From positions 13,768 through 77,767 of the forward strand of contig PQAE01000010.1 in the NCBI GenBank assembly GCA_003104935.1: a stretch of 64,000 nucleotides of DNA, written 5' to 3'. The stretch's first letter is position 1, and the number at the start of each line of letters is the position of its first letter. Below the pieces are notes generated by a model, which searched no databases, had not been told where the DNA came from, and saw only the letters and a list, made by a program, of their open reading frames with translations. Below, one piece after another: positions 46,853-58,800 of the stretch. The stretch comes from Parcubacteria group bacterium (lineage in GTDB: Bacteria; Patescibacteriota; Patescibacteriia; UBA1558; GWA2-36-10). The position numbers and the translations under genes were made by a program.

Positions 46853-48039
46853 CGATTATGTAATTTTTTCCGCAAAAACGCGGGAATTTCCAATTCCTCT
46901 TCTTCCTTAGTCTTGGGTACTTCAATAGTTTCTTTTTCGGCTTCGTTTTCGCGGGTATTTTTCTTAAAAGCTTTTTTAATGGTCATTTCTTCGGCTTTCT
47001 TGGCAAAGGTCTCGGGATAAGACATAGTCGCCCGCAAAGGAGCCGTTTCCTGGCGAGACAAATCTTCCGCACCCCTAAAACCGGTGGCAATTACCGTAAT
47101 TTTTAATTCATCACCCAAAGAATCGTCAATATTGGCGCCGAAAATCACCTTGGCTTCAGCATCACAGCTGGCGGTAATAATTTCGGCCGCCTCCGATACT
47201 TCGTGCATGGTCAGAGTGGTGGAGCTTCCGGTTACGGTAAATAAAACCCCGGTAGCGCCGTTAATTGATAATTCCAAAAGCGGACTATCGATGGCGGCGC
47301 GGGCCGCTTCCTGGGCCCTATTTTCGCCGCTGGCCCGACCAATACCCATCAGGGCTGAACCGGCCTGGCGCATAATGGCCTTAACGTCGGCAAAATCCAC
47401 ATTGACCAAACCGGGCACAGTAATCACCTCAGAAATACCCTGCACGCCCTGCTTTAAAACTTCGTCCACAATAGAAAAAGCATCCAGCAAAGAAGTTTTT
47501 TTATCAATAATCTGCAATAAGCGATCGTTTGGTATGGTGATAATCGTATCTACTTTATCAATCAGATTTTCCAAGCCGCGGCTGGCAATATTTTTTCGCT
47601 GTACTCCTTCAAAAGTAAAAGGCTTGGTCACTACCGCCACCGTCAGAGCGCCGGCTTCGCGGGCAATGTCAGCGATCACCGGTGCCGCTCCAGATCCCGT
47701 ACCGCCGCCTAAGCCGCAGGTTATAAAAACCATGTCCGCACCTTTCAAAACTTCGATAATATCCGCTTCATTTTCTTCGGCGCTTTTCAATCCCAAATCC
47801 GGATCCATGCCGGCACCCAGGCCTTTGGTAGTATTACGGCCGATGTGAATCTTCTTGGGAGCGACCGAATGGTGCAGAGCCTGGGCATCGGTATTAACCG
47901 CAATAAACTCTACCCCTCGGATGCGGGAAGCGACCATGCGATTAACCGCCGAACCGCCCGATCCACCCACTCCTACCACTTTGATGTTGGCAAATGTTTC
48001 TACGGGAGGCATAACTTCTTTGATATTTTTCTTAACCAT
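46849..48039 (-). CDS. ftsZ: Cell division protein FtsZ
   Basis: GLGGGTGSG, NVDFADV, C-terminal LEIPAFLRK. Confidence 0.99.
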   Translation of the reverse strand: MVKKNIKEVMPPVETFANIKVVGVGGSGGSAVNRMVASRIRGVEFIAVNTDAQALHHSVAPKKIHIGRNTTKGLGAGMDPDLGLKSAEENEADIIEVLKGADMVFITCGLGGGTGSGAAPVIADIAREAGALTVAVVTKPFTFEGVQRKNIASRGLENLIDKVDTIITIPNDRLLQIIDKKTSLLDAFSIVDEVLKQGVQGISEVITVPGLVNVDFADVKAIMRQAGSALMGIGRASGENRAQEAARAAIDSPLLELSINGATGVLFTVTGSSTTLTMHEVSEAAEIITASCDAEAKVIFGANIDDSLGDELKITVIATGFRGAEDLSRQETAPLRATMSYPETFAKKAEEMTIKKAFKKNTRENEAEKETIEVPKTKEEEELEIPAFLRKKLHNR

Positions 48040-48054
48040 TGCTTTATAATTAAT

Positions 48055-49305
48055 TTAGGACGAGGGCCAGAGGGAACGCAACCATTTGCCTACTTTGCCG
48101 CCGCCGATATGAAAACCAGTCATCTTGGACCATAAACCACCACCAGACTCTACGCTTTTATTCATCCACAACACCAATCCCAAAGCTGTAGTATATTCCA
48201 GATCCCCCAGCTTATCAATGGCAAAATTTGTCTCCACAGGCCTGCCCAAAAATACCGGCAATTGGAAAACGCGCTTGGCCAGATCGATAATCAAGGGAAG
48301 TTTTCCGCCCCCGCCGGTCAGCACGACGCCGCCCGGCAACTTGCCGGCCCGGTCGATTTTGCGGAGTTCCTGATTGACCAAAGAAAATATCTCCTCCATC
48401 CGGGCTTCAGCTATATCGGCAATATCTTTTTTATAAACATAAGAACCCTTTTTCTCTTCTTCGGAATATTTATGCAAATCTACTTCTTCGCGCTTGGAAA
48501 TATTGTCGCCCAGAGCGCTGGCATGATCGATTTTAACCGACTCGGCTGTTTCAATGGAAGTTTTCAGTCCGATAGCCAGATCCTGGGTGATATGGCCAGC
48601 GCCGGCCGGCACTACGGCGGTATGTAATATATTTCCTTCCTCAAAAACCGCCAGAGAAGTAGAACCGGCTCCGATATTGACCACGGCCACACCTAATTCT
48701 TTTTGCCGAGGCGTCAGTACGGCCTCAGCTGTAGCCAGTATGGATAAAACAATCTCGTCCAGCTCTACGCCGGTGCGGTAAATACACTTGGTTAGGTTTT
48801 TAATCTGCGAGGACATAGCCAAAACAACCTGAGTTTCTACCTCCAACCGGACCCCGGACATGCCCTGGGGCTCTTTAATATTTTTTTGATCGTCTAAATT
48901 ATAACTAATGGGTAAAACATGTAAAACCTCATAATTTGGCAAAGTAGTGGTCCTTTCCGCCAGATCACAGGCCCGCTCCATATCAGAATCTTCTACCTGA
49001 GAATTGGCCCTGGCTACAGCCACCACCCCTTTGCTGAAAACGGTTTTAATATTTGACCCGGATATGCCTACCACGACGCGATCGATGCGCATCCCGGTCA
49101 TACGCTCGCATTTTTCAATGGTTTCGGAAATGCAGGAAACCACATCTTCCAGCGAGGTGATACTGCCACGACTGACTCCCACCGAGGGGGTCTCGGCCGC
49201 CCCGATAAACTTAAGACGCCCATCAGGCAGACGCTGAGCCATCACCATGCGGATATAACTGGATCCGATATCTAAACTGGTAATAATGTCTTTATGACTG
49301 GGCAT
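48055..49305 (-). CDS. ftsA: Cell division protein FtsA
   Basis: LDIGSS, PQGMSGVRLEV, VVLTGGG, C-terminal amphipathic helix. Confidence 0.97.
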   Translation of the reverse strand: MPSHKDIITSLDIGSSYIRMVMAQRLPDGRLKFIGAAETPSVGVSRGSITSLEDVVSCISETIEKCERMTGMRIDRVVVGISGSNIKTVFSKGVVAVARANSQVEDSDMERACDLAERTTTLPNYEVLHVLPISYNLDDQKNIKEPQGMSGVRLEVETQVVLAMSSQIKNLTKCIYRTGVELDEIVLSILATAEAVLTPRQKELGVAVVNIGAGSTSLAVFEEGNILHTAVVPAGAGHITQDLAIGLKTSIETAESVKIDHASALGDNISKREEVDLHKYSEEEKKGSYVYKKDIADIAEARMEEIFSLVNQELRKIDRAGKLPGGVVLTGGGGKLPLIIDLAKRVFQLPVFLGRPVETNFAIDKLGDLEYTTALGLVLWMNKSVESGGGLWSKMTGFHIGGGKVGKWLRSLWPSS

Positions 49306-49379
49306 GTAATATTTTTTACTTAAGTGCTGTTATATTATAACCTAAATTAAGTTAATTTGCCAAATATTTTACAAAAAGC

Positions 49380-49715
49380 TTATAAAAGAATGATTATGCC
49401 GATAACCGCCGCAAAAATACTGACCAAAAGCACCATGGCGGCCAGCAAATCCTTAATATCTTTGGCATAGGAATGGGTCTTGGGCGCTAAAACATCCACC
49501 AAGCGCTCAATGGCCGAATTAAATATTTCCAGAGCCATAATAAAAGCCATAATAATCAACAAACCGACCCACCTCTCCTTGCTCAGTCCTTTATACCAAG
49601 CGGCGGCTACCACGACGGCGGCGATCAACAGGTGCCAGCGAAAATTCTTTTCCGTGCGGATGACTGTGGCTAGGCCGCGGATAGCATGTTTAAAGCTTCT
49701 AACTAATGCTCCCAT
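49380..49715 (-). CDS. dgkA: Diacylglycerol/undecaprenol kinase
   Basis: SFKHAIRGL...EKNFRWH...LEIFNSAIERLVD...KDIKD. Confidence 0.9.
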   Translation of the reverse strand: MGALVRSFKHAIRGLATVIRTEKNFRWHLLIAAVVVAAAWYKGLSKERWVGLLIIMAFIMALEIFNSAIERLVDVLAPKTHSYAKDIKDLLAAMVLLVSIFAAVIGIIILL

Positions 49716-49720
49716 ATTTA

Positions 49721-50140
49721 TTATTTTAATAAAGACAAAATCATTTTTTCCTGCCGGCTCTGGCGCCCGGCTTCGACGGCGTTTTTCTCATGATCATAGC
49801 CCAGCAGATGCAAAATACCATGCACCGTCAATAATTTTAACTCGCTTCCAAAGTTCGCTCTCCGCTCCCGGGCCTGTTTTTTGGCCTGAGACAGACAAAT
49901 AATGACCTCGCCTAAGATGAGATCACTTTCCATATAGAAGGACAAAACATCGGTGACTTTATTATAACCGCGATAAACCCGGTTCAGCTCCTGCATCCGA
50001 GCCGGACTGACCAAAGCCAGAGAAATATTTTTATTTATTTTATATTTGTGCCTCAATATTTTTTCTAAAGATGCCAGCCAGCCAAAATTTGTCCGGTAAC
50101 TCCCTTTATTGATTTGTATCCGCCGAGTTTTTATCATCAC
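49721..50140 (-). CDS. ybeY: rRNA maturation factor YbeY
   Basis: LNRVYRG...TDVLSF...HGILHLLGYDH. Confidence 0.95.
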   Translation of the reverse strand: MMIKTRRIQINKGSYRTNFGWLASLEKILRHKYKINKNISLALVSPARMQELNRVYRGYNKVTDVLSFYMESDLILGEVIICLSQAKKQARERRANFGSELKLLTVHGILHLLGYDHEKNAVEAGRQSRQEKMILSLLK

Positions 50141-50143
50141 TCT

Positions 50144-51178
50144 CTATAATGGTTGGACGTCAAGCTCTTTGATCTTGATTAGTTCAAAACTCTTCAGCAT
50201 CATCTCCAGCACCGCCGGAAAATGCGACAAGGCGGACTCTCCGAGATTATACTCCCAAAAATAAATATACTTGTCGGTGACCAATAATATCTTGGTCTGA
50301 GTGCGCAGGGCCGGCAGGCCGGCCAAACTGAAATTTTCCGTCCGGTCAGTACCGGCAAAATAATTTATTTTTAGGGTGTCCAGACTCTGCTGGGAAGAAT
50401 TGGGCGTCACTTTGAGATCGATCGATTCGCCGGTTTCCGAATTAGTCAAAAACATCACCTCACTTTGTTCGGTATTGGTCGGCGACGCCAGCCAATTTTT
50501 GGGAATCAAAACGCTATAGGAAAAATTTTCATTTTTATAGCGCGTAACTAAGCCGGAATTTTCCAGACCTTGCCCCGGCACCAGAGGGTTAAACAGATTT
50601 GTGATTTCCTGGCCGTCCTTGTAGCCGTCGCGGTCGGAGTCATCACGGGCAATATTGGTAAAGAATAGAGCCTCTTCGTCTACCGTCAGTCCGTCGTTAT
50701 CCACATCCAGGTTTTGAGTGATTTCTGGAGGGTTATCGCCGTTGCCGGGAGTAGTGGTGCTGGTACTGGTGGGAATCTCATTGCTAATACCATTGACGTT
50801 GTTGGTAATCTGATTTTGTAAACTATTAGCCGGGGCTTCGTTAGTAGGAGCCTGATTAGTGTTTTGATTGGCACTATTATTTAGCGCCGCATTGTCATCA
50901 TTTCTAGCGTTATTAACCATAGTGGTCAAATAGAAAATCGCTCCGGCGACCAAAGCTACCACCAAAGACAAAATAATACTGGCAATAATGATTATTTTTT
51001 TTGTACCCGATCTGCCGGCCGGTTTTTTCCCCTGTCCCCGATCCGGAAAAAATTTACCGGGCATGACAAAAACATCTAGATCTGTGGTTACGGGATTGCC
51101 GGTTGCCGCTCCGTTAAATTTATTGGCCAAAGGCGTCGGACTAGTCCGAGGAGATTGTCCGCTGACATCATTAAACAT
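50144..51178 (-). CDS. Single-TM protein with Asn-rich linker, Ca-binding DxDxDG repeats and a PsbP-like C-terminal domain
   Basis: DVDNDGLT, DSDRDGYKDGQEI, YKNENFSYSVLIPKNW. Confidence 0.7.
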   Translation of the reverse strand: MFNDVSGQSPRTSPTPLANKFNGAATGNPVTTDLDVFVMPGKFFPDRGQGKKPAGRSGTKKIIIIASIILSLVVALVAGAIFYLTTMVNNARNDDNAALNNSANQNTNQAPTNEAPANSLQNQITNNVNGISNEIPTSTSTTTPGNGDNPPEITQNLDVDNDGLTVDEEALFFTNIARDDSDRDGYKDGQEITNLFNPLVPGQGLENSGLVTRYKNENFSYSVLIPKNWLASPTNTEQSEVMFLTNSETGESIDLKVTPNSSQQSLDTLKINYFAGTDRTENFSLAGLPALRTQTKILLVTDKYIYFWEYNLGESALSHFPAVLEMMLKSFELIKIKELDVQPL

Positions 51179-51190
51179 AATTGGAGATCA

Positions 51191-52048
51191 TTAATTAATT
51201 GTTGAAGTCGAGGTAGGCGCTAGTGGCTGGGGAGCCGGCGGTGCCCACTGATCGATAGTGCCGGATCCTAAGGGATTATAATTATTTTGCACTTCGGTGC
51301 CGTCGCTAAAACCGTCACCGTCTGTATCGGCTATTAGCGGATTGGTAAACCAAATCATCGCCTCGTCGTAATCGGAGAGACCGTCGTTGTCCGAATCGTT
51401 AAGTAAAGGATTGGTCCGATAAATCTCAACCTCGTCTTTATCAAACAACCGGTCGTTATCCGTGTCCGCCAAAAGCGGATTAGTCCCCAATTGCCTTTCG
51501 TGATCGTTGGTTAGCCCATCACCGTCATCATCCAATAAAGCCGGGTCAACTAAATTATCCGGCGCCTGATTGGTCAGAGTATTGCTATTATCGTCCGAAC
51601 TATTGGTCAGGGCATTGGCATTGTTGGTTAGGGCATTGACATCAATATTGGCCGCCGGCCGGGGTTTGTTGAAAATAAAAACATAGGCCGACGCCGCCAG
51701 GCCCAGGGCCAAAAAGACTCCGATAACCACGATAATCACTTTTTTTATTTTACTGCCGTGGTCAGTAATGGCCATATCATCTCGGAGTATATCAGCAGGC
51801 CCCACCGGTCTAGACGGCATCTGATTGGCGCTACCGGGATTAAAATCAGCCGCCGGTCGTTGGGAAACCGGCCGAATCTTACCGGACTGCACGGCGCTCA
51901 AGCTCCTGTCCGCGGCCGGATCTACATCCGCAAACATATCCTCCATCGGACCGCTAGGATTGGCGGCGGGCTGAGGAGCAGGTGCGGCTGGTGCGGGCTG
52001 GGGACTAGCAAAATTATTTTGGTTGTTTTGCTTTAGATCGTCAAACAT
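51191..52048 (-). CDS. Single-TM protein with bacterial TSP3-like Ca-binding repeats
   Basis: Four DxDxDGLxDxxE...TNPL repeats. Confidence 0.8.
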   Translation of the reverse strand: MFDDLKQNNQNNFASPQPAPAAPAPQPAANPSGPMEDMFADVDPAADRSLSAVQSGKIRPVSQRPAADFNPGSANQMPSRPVGPADILRDDMAITDHGSKIKKVIIVVIGVFLALGLAASAYVFIFNKPRPAANIDVNALTNNANALTNSSDDNSNTLTNQAPDNLVDPALLDDDGDGLTNDHERQLGTNPLLADTDNDRLFDKDEVEIYRTNPLLNDSDNDGLSDYDEAMIWFTNPLIADTDGDGFSDGTEVQNNYNPLGSGTIDQWAPPAPQPLAPTSTSTIN

Positions 52049-52075
52049 ATGATTTGAATTACTGATAAATTGAAA

Positions 52076-52819
52076 TTAAGCTTGGGGAGCGAAAAAAATC
52101 TGACAATTATTTCTGATGGCCGGAGCAACTATTTTTTCACAAATACTCTTATCCTTATCTACAATAGCCTGCCGATACCAGATAGAATCCTGACAGCGTG
52201 TCTGACCGTCAGAACCGACTGCTACTATCAGGGGATCTTCACAAACTTTTATATCATCCTGCTGACCAATAAAGGCAAATATACACTTATTCCTGATTTC
52301 TGCTTCAGTCAAACTACGACATTCGTCCAGACTCTGACCGCTAAACTCTACTTGGGTTAAATCCACGCTAAGTTGACAAGACTCTCTCTGTTCTTGAGCG
52401 CCGATCTTATCGCAAATCTGCCGATCCTTATCAATAGAAGCAAAATACCTATAACAGTCGTCTTTCTTTTGAATGTATTGACAAAGATCTACTTTTTTAA
52501 CAGTTGTCACTTGATTTAATTCCAGATTTCCAAAACATTCTTTCTGCCGCAGAACATCCTGATAACTCTCGCAGGTTTTTTGCATTTTTAAAAAAATGAC
52601 ATAAGTCTCGGCTACTTCCAGTATTTTTTTATCGGCTATAGTTAGGCCGTCAATATAATTTAATACATTAGTCGCGGTAGATACTGTGCCCGAGTCAATT
52701 CCGGGCAGACCGGGAATAAATGGTTTGATTATTTTTTTAAAAGTTAAAAACCAGATCAGTCCACTAACCAATATTAATCCTATAAATGTCAATAAAATAA
52801 TTTTTTTTCTGCTTATCAT
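52076..52819 (-). CDS. Membrane-anchored protein with Cys-pair helical repeats
   Basis: Repeated C-x2-I-x5-R-x2-C units; start moved to MISRKK at 52819. Confidence 0.7.
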   Translation of the reverse strand: MISRKKIILLTFIGLILVSGLIWFLTFKKIIKPFIPGLPGIDSGTVSTATNVLNYIDGLTIADKKILEVAETYVIFLKMQKTCESYQDVLRQKECFGNLELNQVTTVKKVDLCQYIQKKDDCYRYFASIDKDRQICDKIGAQEQRESCQLSVDLTQVEFSGQSLDECRSLTEAEIRNKCIFAFIGQQDDIKVCEDPLIVAVGSDGQTRCQDSIWYRQAIVDKDKSICEKIVAPAIRNNCQIFFAPQA

Positions 52820-52830
52820 ATATGTATTGC

Positions 52831-55800
52831 TTACCAATGACAATAATTATAAGTACCACCCACTGTCCCCTGGTTAAATAATATTGAGGCATTAGGCGAA
52901 GCCCCGGCGTTAAACCTGACACTAAAGGGCAGATTATTGGGCGGATCCACAGCATCGCACATGCCTCCGGTATAAAGCGATCTGGTATCCAGGTGGATAT
53001 TGTTTGTCCAACCCGGCATAACGGCCGGCAAGCTGATGCTAGTCCAGCCCGAACCGCTATTTACTTCCACCGAGGTCAGATTGCTGGCTGATGAGAAAAC
53101 ACCGACCGGCGGAGCCAATAACCATCCGGTGGCCACGCTAGAATCTTCACGCACGCTAAACTTACGGGCTTTGGAACGGTCAATCCATTTACAATTGGCT
53201 CCGCAACCCGGTTGGCCGTCGCATTCTTCGGTATTTAGTGGCTGATCCAACCAGGCCGGGTTTGGAGTCCAATATAGCGGAGCGGTTTTAACACCCTGTT
53301 GAGCGCCGCAATCAACTACCCCGTTTCCGCAAGTACCGGCCGGCGTATAACAAAAGTTGGTATCAGCGCCACAAACGCAATTATTAGAAGAAACCGCATT
53401 AAGGACACCCTCATATCTAGTCCAGATATTGCCGCCAGTAGTGCCGAAGTGGTAAAAATCTAAAGTTACTACTTTGACACCCATGGCTTTGAGATCATCT
53501 ATCTTGGCCGGCTCAATTCCAGAGTTCCATTCTCCGATATATGTATTATCCAAACCGGGTAGTTTTTTACCACTATCTAAAACAACTAACATTAAATTAT
53601 CATACAGGGGATTAGCTTGAGTAAATAAAACTTTAGCATAACTTAACATATCAGAGGGATCTGAATAATCGCCGGTAGCCGGATCATTGATATAAGCGCC
53701 GTGATAATTATTAGCCCAACCTACCATCGGAGCTATGGCGGCGCCGATATTTAAATACTGGGAAAAAGAGTAATACAAATTATCATTAACAATTGAGAAG
53801 TCGGAGCCCAGTACTCCACACCCCCAGGTACAGGCTCCGCCCATAGTGGGATCGCCGGCACCATAGTGTATCATAGCCACATCCATGGTAGGGTCAGCGT
53901 TATGCATATTGAGTAATATAGTGGATAAAGAAAATTGCATAGCTTGAATCATGGTCTTATCGTTTGGCCGGCCATAGTGATCATCGCTAGATATCAAAGG
54001 ATTATTCAAATTAGTCTGAGTACAGTCATTGGCAAAGGGCGGATTCCAGACATCGCCCACTCCCACATTGCCGTCAGCCACACAGGTCTGTCCCTGAATA
54101 CTGTTGGCCACAGCAATGATGGCAAAGGTAGTGCCGGCGGAACCGGAGTCAATCCAGGCATTAGTCACCACATCTCCGCTTACTCTGCACTGCGGCAAAT
54201 TAATCGTGCTATTCTGGCCATTGTTCAAACTAACGTAGTTGCCGGTATTTGGCACTATCTGACGAACTTCCAATCCATTTATGCCCCAATTACAGTTGCG
54301 CAACGGACAGTAAGGATCTGTATCTAGTCGTAAATCTAAAAATCCATCATTAACATTAGCGATCATCTCAGTAGATTTCGTTACATTCAATCCCACCTGA
54401 GCATTAACAGTGCCTATGGTAATGCCACTTTCCTCTACATCCATTTTAGTGGGGAAAGTGGTAACGTCTTCGGTATCACCACGATAAACAGTAACTCCGT
54501 AAGCCCCGTTGGCTGGAACCTTAATTTTAAAGATAGGATAACCACGTGGATCCCCGGCGCCTAGGGCTCCCCCTCTTCTCAAATAGTCACGAGTCATAGT
54601 AGTGCCGACGGTACGAGTACGGCCGCCTATACCAAAAGTATCTGGATTAACTGCCGGATCAAAACCCCAACCTTGAGCAGCATTATAAATAACATTTATG
54701 CCAGGGATGACATTGCCGTGAATCACATTAGTCCAACCCGGTGTGAAGTAAGCACTATTATTATCAATATTAAAATCAAAATTCTGATACCAGTAATTGC
54801 CAAAGGTTACATTAGCGGTACTAACGACCCCGGAGGGATAATTATTAACATCAGCTACACAAGTATAGGTGCAAGTCGGACTGCAATCGGCAGTGCCATC
54901 ACATTGTTCGTTATGGATCGCCTGGACAATACCGTCGCCGCACCAGCCGCCAATGCTGACCGTACACTTATCGGCAGCGGCCGTAGAACATTCATATTGA
55001 TTAGCATTATTTATCGCCGTGGCCGGAGTCCTGACCCAAGAAGTGCCGTCGCAATATTCCGTGCCGTTTTTTATGTTATCACCACAGTAGCCGCCCGTGT
55101 CTTTGCAGGCCAGGGCGGTTGTTACTGCTCCGCAAGCATATTGAAAAGCGATGGTCGAGACTTGTGGAGTAGGCCCAACATAACCGTTCGGATCGCATTC
55201 TTCGCCATAGCCCATTTCGGCAACAGAATTGCCACAATATTTGTTTTCCCACTTGCAGGCCGTCGGAGTAGCCAAGGCGCCACAGACATACTGGTTAGCA
55301 ATGGTAGAATTTTGCGGAGTTACTCCCGGTCGCGGGTTGGCTGGCGGTTCACAATCTTCGCCGGCCTCCAAAATACCATTATTACAAACTACATTAACCG
55401 GAATTTCCGCACCCGGACAATCACGGACACAAACCGCACAACTAATCGGTGCGCCGCTGGGACAACTCCAGCCGGCCAGACCGGCCGCATTATCACACTC
55501 TTCCTGAGCGCCATTGACCGTATTATCACCACACCAGCCGCCAATGACTTGTTTGCAGGCATCGGCGTTAGGCGCGGCTACACAACCGTACTGATGAGTA
55601 GCATCCATGGCTTGAGCCGGAGCTGGGGCTACAAAACCGTTGGGATCGCAAGTTTCTCCAAAAGCGGCGTCCGGCGGCTGGCCGCTACCGCAATATCCTC
55701 CGCTGGTGGGCTGACAAGCATTGGCATTAGGAGCAGTGCCACACTGATAACGGTGATTGGCGTCGGAATCCTTGGGTGCCGGAGCCACATAAGTGCCGCT

Positions 55801-58800
55801 TTCACAGATTTCTCCGTGATCGGACCCATGTCCAGGTAAAGCTTGGCCGTCATTGATAATATTGTCGCCGCAATAACCCTCTATAAAGGTACAAGCATTG
55901 GGCGCTATATTTTTACATTTATATTGATGGGCAAGTGAAGAATCTTTTGGCGCCACGAGCGCGGGATAACTGGCCCAATCACAATCTTCACCGGGCTCAG
56001 GAATACCGTTGCCGCAAACTGCATTGGTGGGCAGACCGGGCGGGTTGCAGCGTCGCGTGCAATCATTATTACACAATATTGGCTGGCCGTCTGTACAGAC
56101 CCAGCCCTGGAAATCCGAACCATTAGGATCGCATTGTTCATTATTCAAATTTTGGGTAGTACCATCACCGCACCAGCCGCCGGTATTGGGCAGACAGGCG
56201 TTACTGCATTTGTATTGTTTGGCCTCTCGGGAAACAATTGGCGGCGGCGAGATATAAAGTGCCGGTTCACAAGTTTCATAAGCTGGTTGAAGAATACCGT
56301 CTTGACAATGTCCTCCGGCGATATTTGTCTGACAACTATGGCATTCATATTGACGGCTATCGCTAGACTGAGCCGGCGACGGCGGAGTATATACTCCATC
56401 GCAATTTTCACCAAATCCAGATTGTTGCACTCCGTCACCGCAATAGGGCTGACCAGTGGTTGTACAAACATTAGAACAAGTATAAGGATGAGTTATGGGT
56501 GACTGAGCCGGCGGCAAAGGTGTCCAGTCTGTGGGATCACAGGGCTCGCCGGCGGCTTGTTCCCATAGATTATTCATACAGACGAAATTTGAAGGCATGC
56601 CTACATCACAAGTTCTTTGACATTGGGCATTACAACTGATCACTCCGCCGGCAGTACAGCTCATATTTACCAATCCGTCCGGATTACCGCTGTAGTCGCA
56701 CTCCTCTACGCCCTGATCCCAGTGGCCATCGCCACAGGCCGAAGCCAAGATATTGCCGCTAGCCGGACAAACCGCCTGGCACCCGGTACAAGCAACTGCG
56801 CCGTTATTGGGACAACTATAATAAACATTGTTAAAGTTATTGCCTTCGCAACGCTCATAATTTGGCTGGATGGTATTGTCGCCACAATATCCTCCGCAAG
56901 CCGCCGCATCCAAAGGCGGATCTGGTACAAACCACCGGCACTGCAATAAATTACCGTTACTATCACGATAGCCCGGCGGATAACAACCGATGCGATGTTC
57001 GTTCCACCAATTTTGGTTTCCCAAGGCAGTGTCGCATGCAAACTCCGTATAATTGCCGTCGCATTGCTCACCTGGATCCATTATGTGATTACCACACGAA
57101 TTTGTTGGTGGTTCGCCGAAATGTCCCATGAATCCGCAAAATCCCGGAGTAAGGCGCGAAACCAGATGTTTGGCACCATAAGGATCTTCTATATTTTCCA
57201 CACCGCGCTGGCCGGAAACTAATATCAGATTACCTGCCCAAAAACCAGGTTGTAAAACATCATATTCAAAATTGTCCGCGATCCTATAATCGGTGCTCAA
57301 TAAGTTTTTGTAAAAATAATTATAAGTGTAAAGCGGGGTATTGTCAGAACATTTAAATTTTTGATTAATCTCATTCCAACAGGTATTGGGATCATATTTG
57401 GCGTCCGGCGGATTGGCGCAACCGGCAAACTTGTTGATCGGATCTTGAGGTAAGGACGTGCCCAAGGCCTCCTCTAAGGTCCCGTCCCAGGAAAGCGGCC
57501 AACTGCTGTTAGATATACCTCTAACATAACTACCGGAGCTGAGCGTCGGATAGGAATTAACGCAGGCACCTTGACAATCACTGTCTTGAAGACACGATTG
57601 AGCAGTGGGATCATTACAAATCTTGTTATTGCGGCCATAATCCACCATAAGATTTTGAATTTCCAGCATATGACCCAGGCGCTTCATATCGCGACGCAGT
57701 TTCAATCCCTGTGACTGACATGGACCCACATAATCGCGCCCTTCGTTTATCAGACACTCGCTATCTTCAGTACAATTAACAGAATTATCTAAGGAACAGA
57801 TATTATTATTATTTTGCGTCAGATTGGTATTAAAACGGATATTATCTATGAGCTGGTTGTAGATGTCTATAGTGGCCTGGCGCGCTCCGATATTATGGGC
57901 GATAACATATATATTAGTGTAGAGATCTCCGACGCCGGCATTAAGAACATTGGTACCGGCAATATAAGTGGTACCGCCTATGGTCAGAGCTTCATAACCA
58001 TCTACCTCGGTCACGGCACCGGCGTTGCCGGAATTGGGAGCAATACGATTATACCAATCGGTAATCGACATTTGAGTGGGATTGGTCATGACCCTGATAC
58101 CGATGATATCCTGAGTGGTGAGATTGGTGTTAAAATTGGAAACGGTAATAATGCCGGTAAAAACATATTGCGTAGGATAAGCCGCCCCGACCCGATAATT
58201 ATAAGTATCGCCGGTATGGATGCCGTTAGGATCAACATCTATAAATTCAAAAACCCCGGGCCCAAGATTAGCTCTGTCAGTCCAATTCAGATCAGTTGGT
58301 AGTTTTCTTTGCACTACATAACCCAAGGTAGAAACACCGTTCCAGGTAAGCTTTAACTGGGCACTCGGTCCAGTGCCGACCAAGCTATAGGCAAAATTTG
58401 TCGGCGCCGGTCCCGGACCCGCCGCACCCTCTACTCTTTCGGGTCTAAACAGACTGCTTATTTTTTTCCACCAGGAAGTCTGCTGACTCTGATCACCGGT
58501 ATTTCTGGCCAAAGTGCCCAGAGCCAAAGGCGCGGCATTTTGATTATTTAGCGCCGTAGCCGGCGGGTCAACAAAGAAAATATTTTCCTGCAATATATTC
58601 GGATCAGACGTATTTGGCGGTTGCCGCCTAAATGACCAGAAATAAGGCAACTCCGGTAATACCGGCGAGGTCGCAGTCTGAGCCATACAATAAAAAGTTT
58701 CAAAGTGATAGTCGGTTGCCGCTAGCCCGTCCTGCCAGGGAGTCCAGGTCGGCCCGACCGGTACTGGCCAGGGTCGTGCGCACATAAACATGTTTATTCT

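Noticed and set aside
47084-47848. Long + strand ORFs antisense to conserved genes (e.g. 47084-47848, 28646-29248, 54673-55839 and many shorter ones)
   Set aside because: Shadow frames of ftsZ, r-protein genes and the giant adhesin; no recognisable motifs or expression signals
54860-57100. Periodic repeats as a CRISPR array or DGR template/variable repeats
   Set aside because: They are degenerate protein-level Cys-rich repeats inside one ORF; no identical DNA repeats, cas genes or reverse transcriptase
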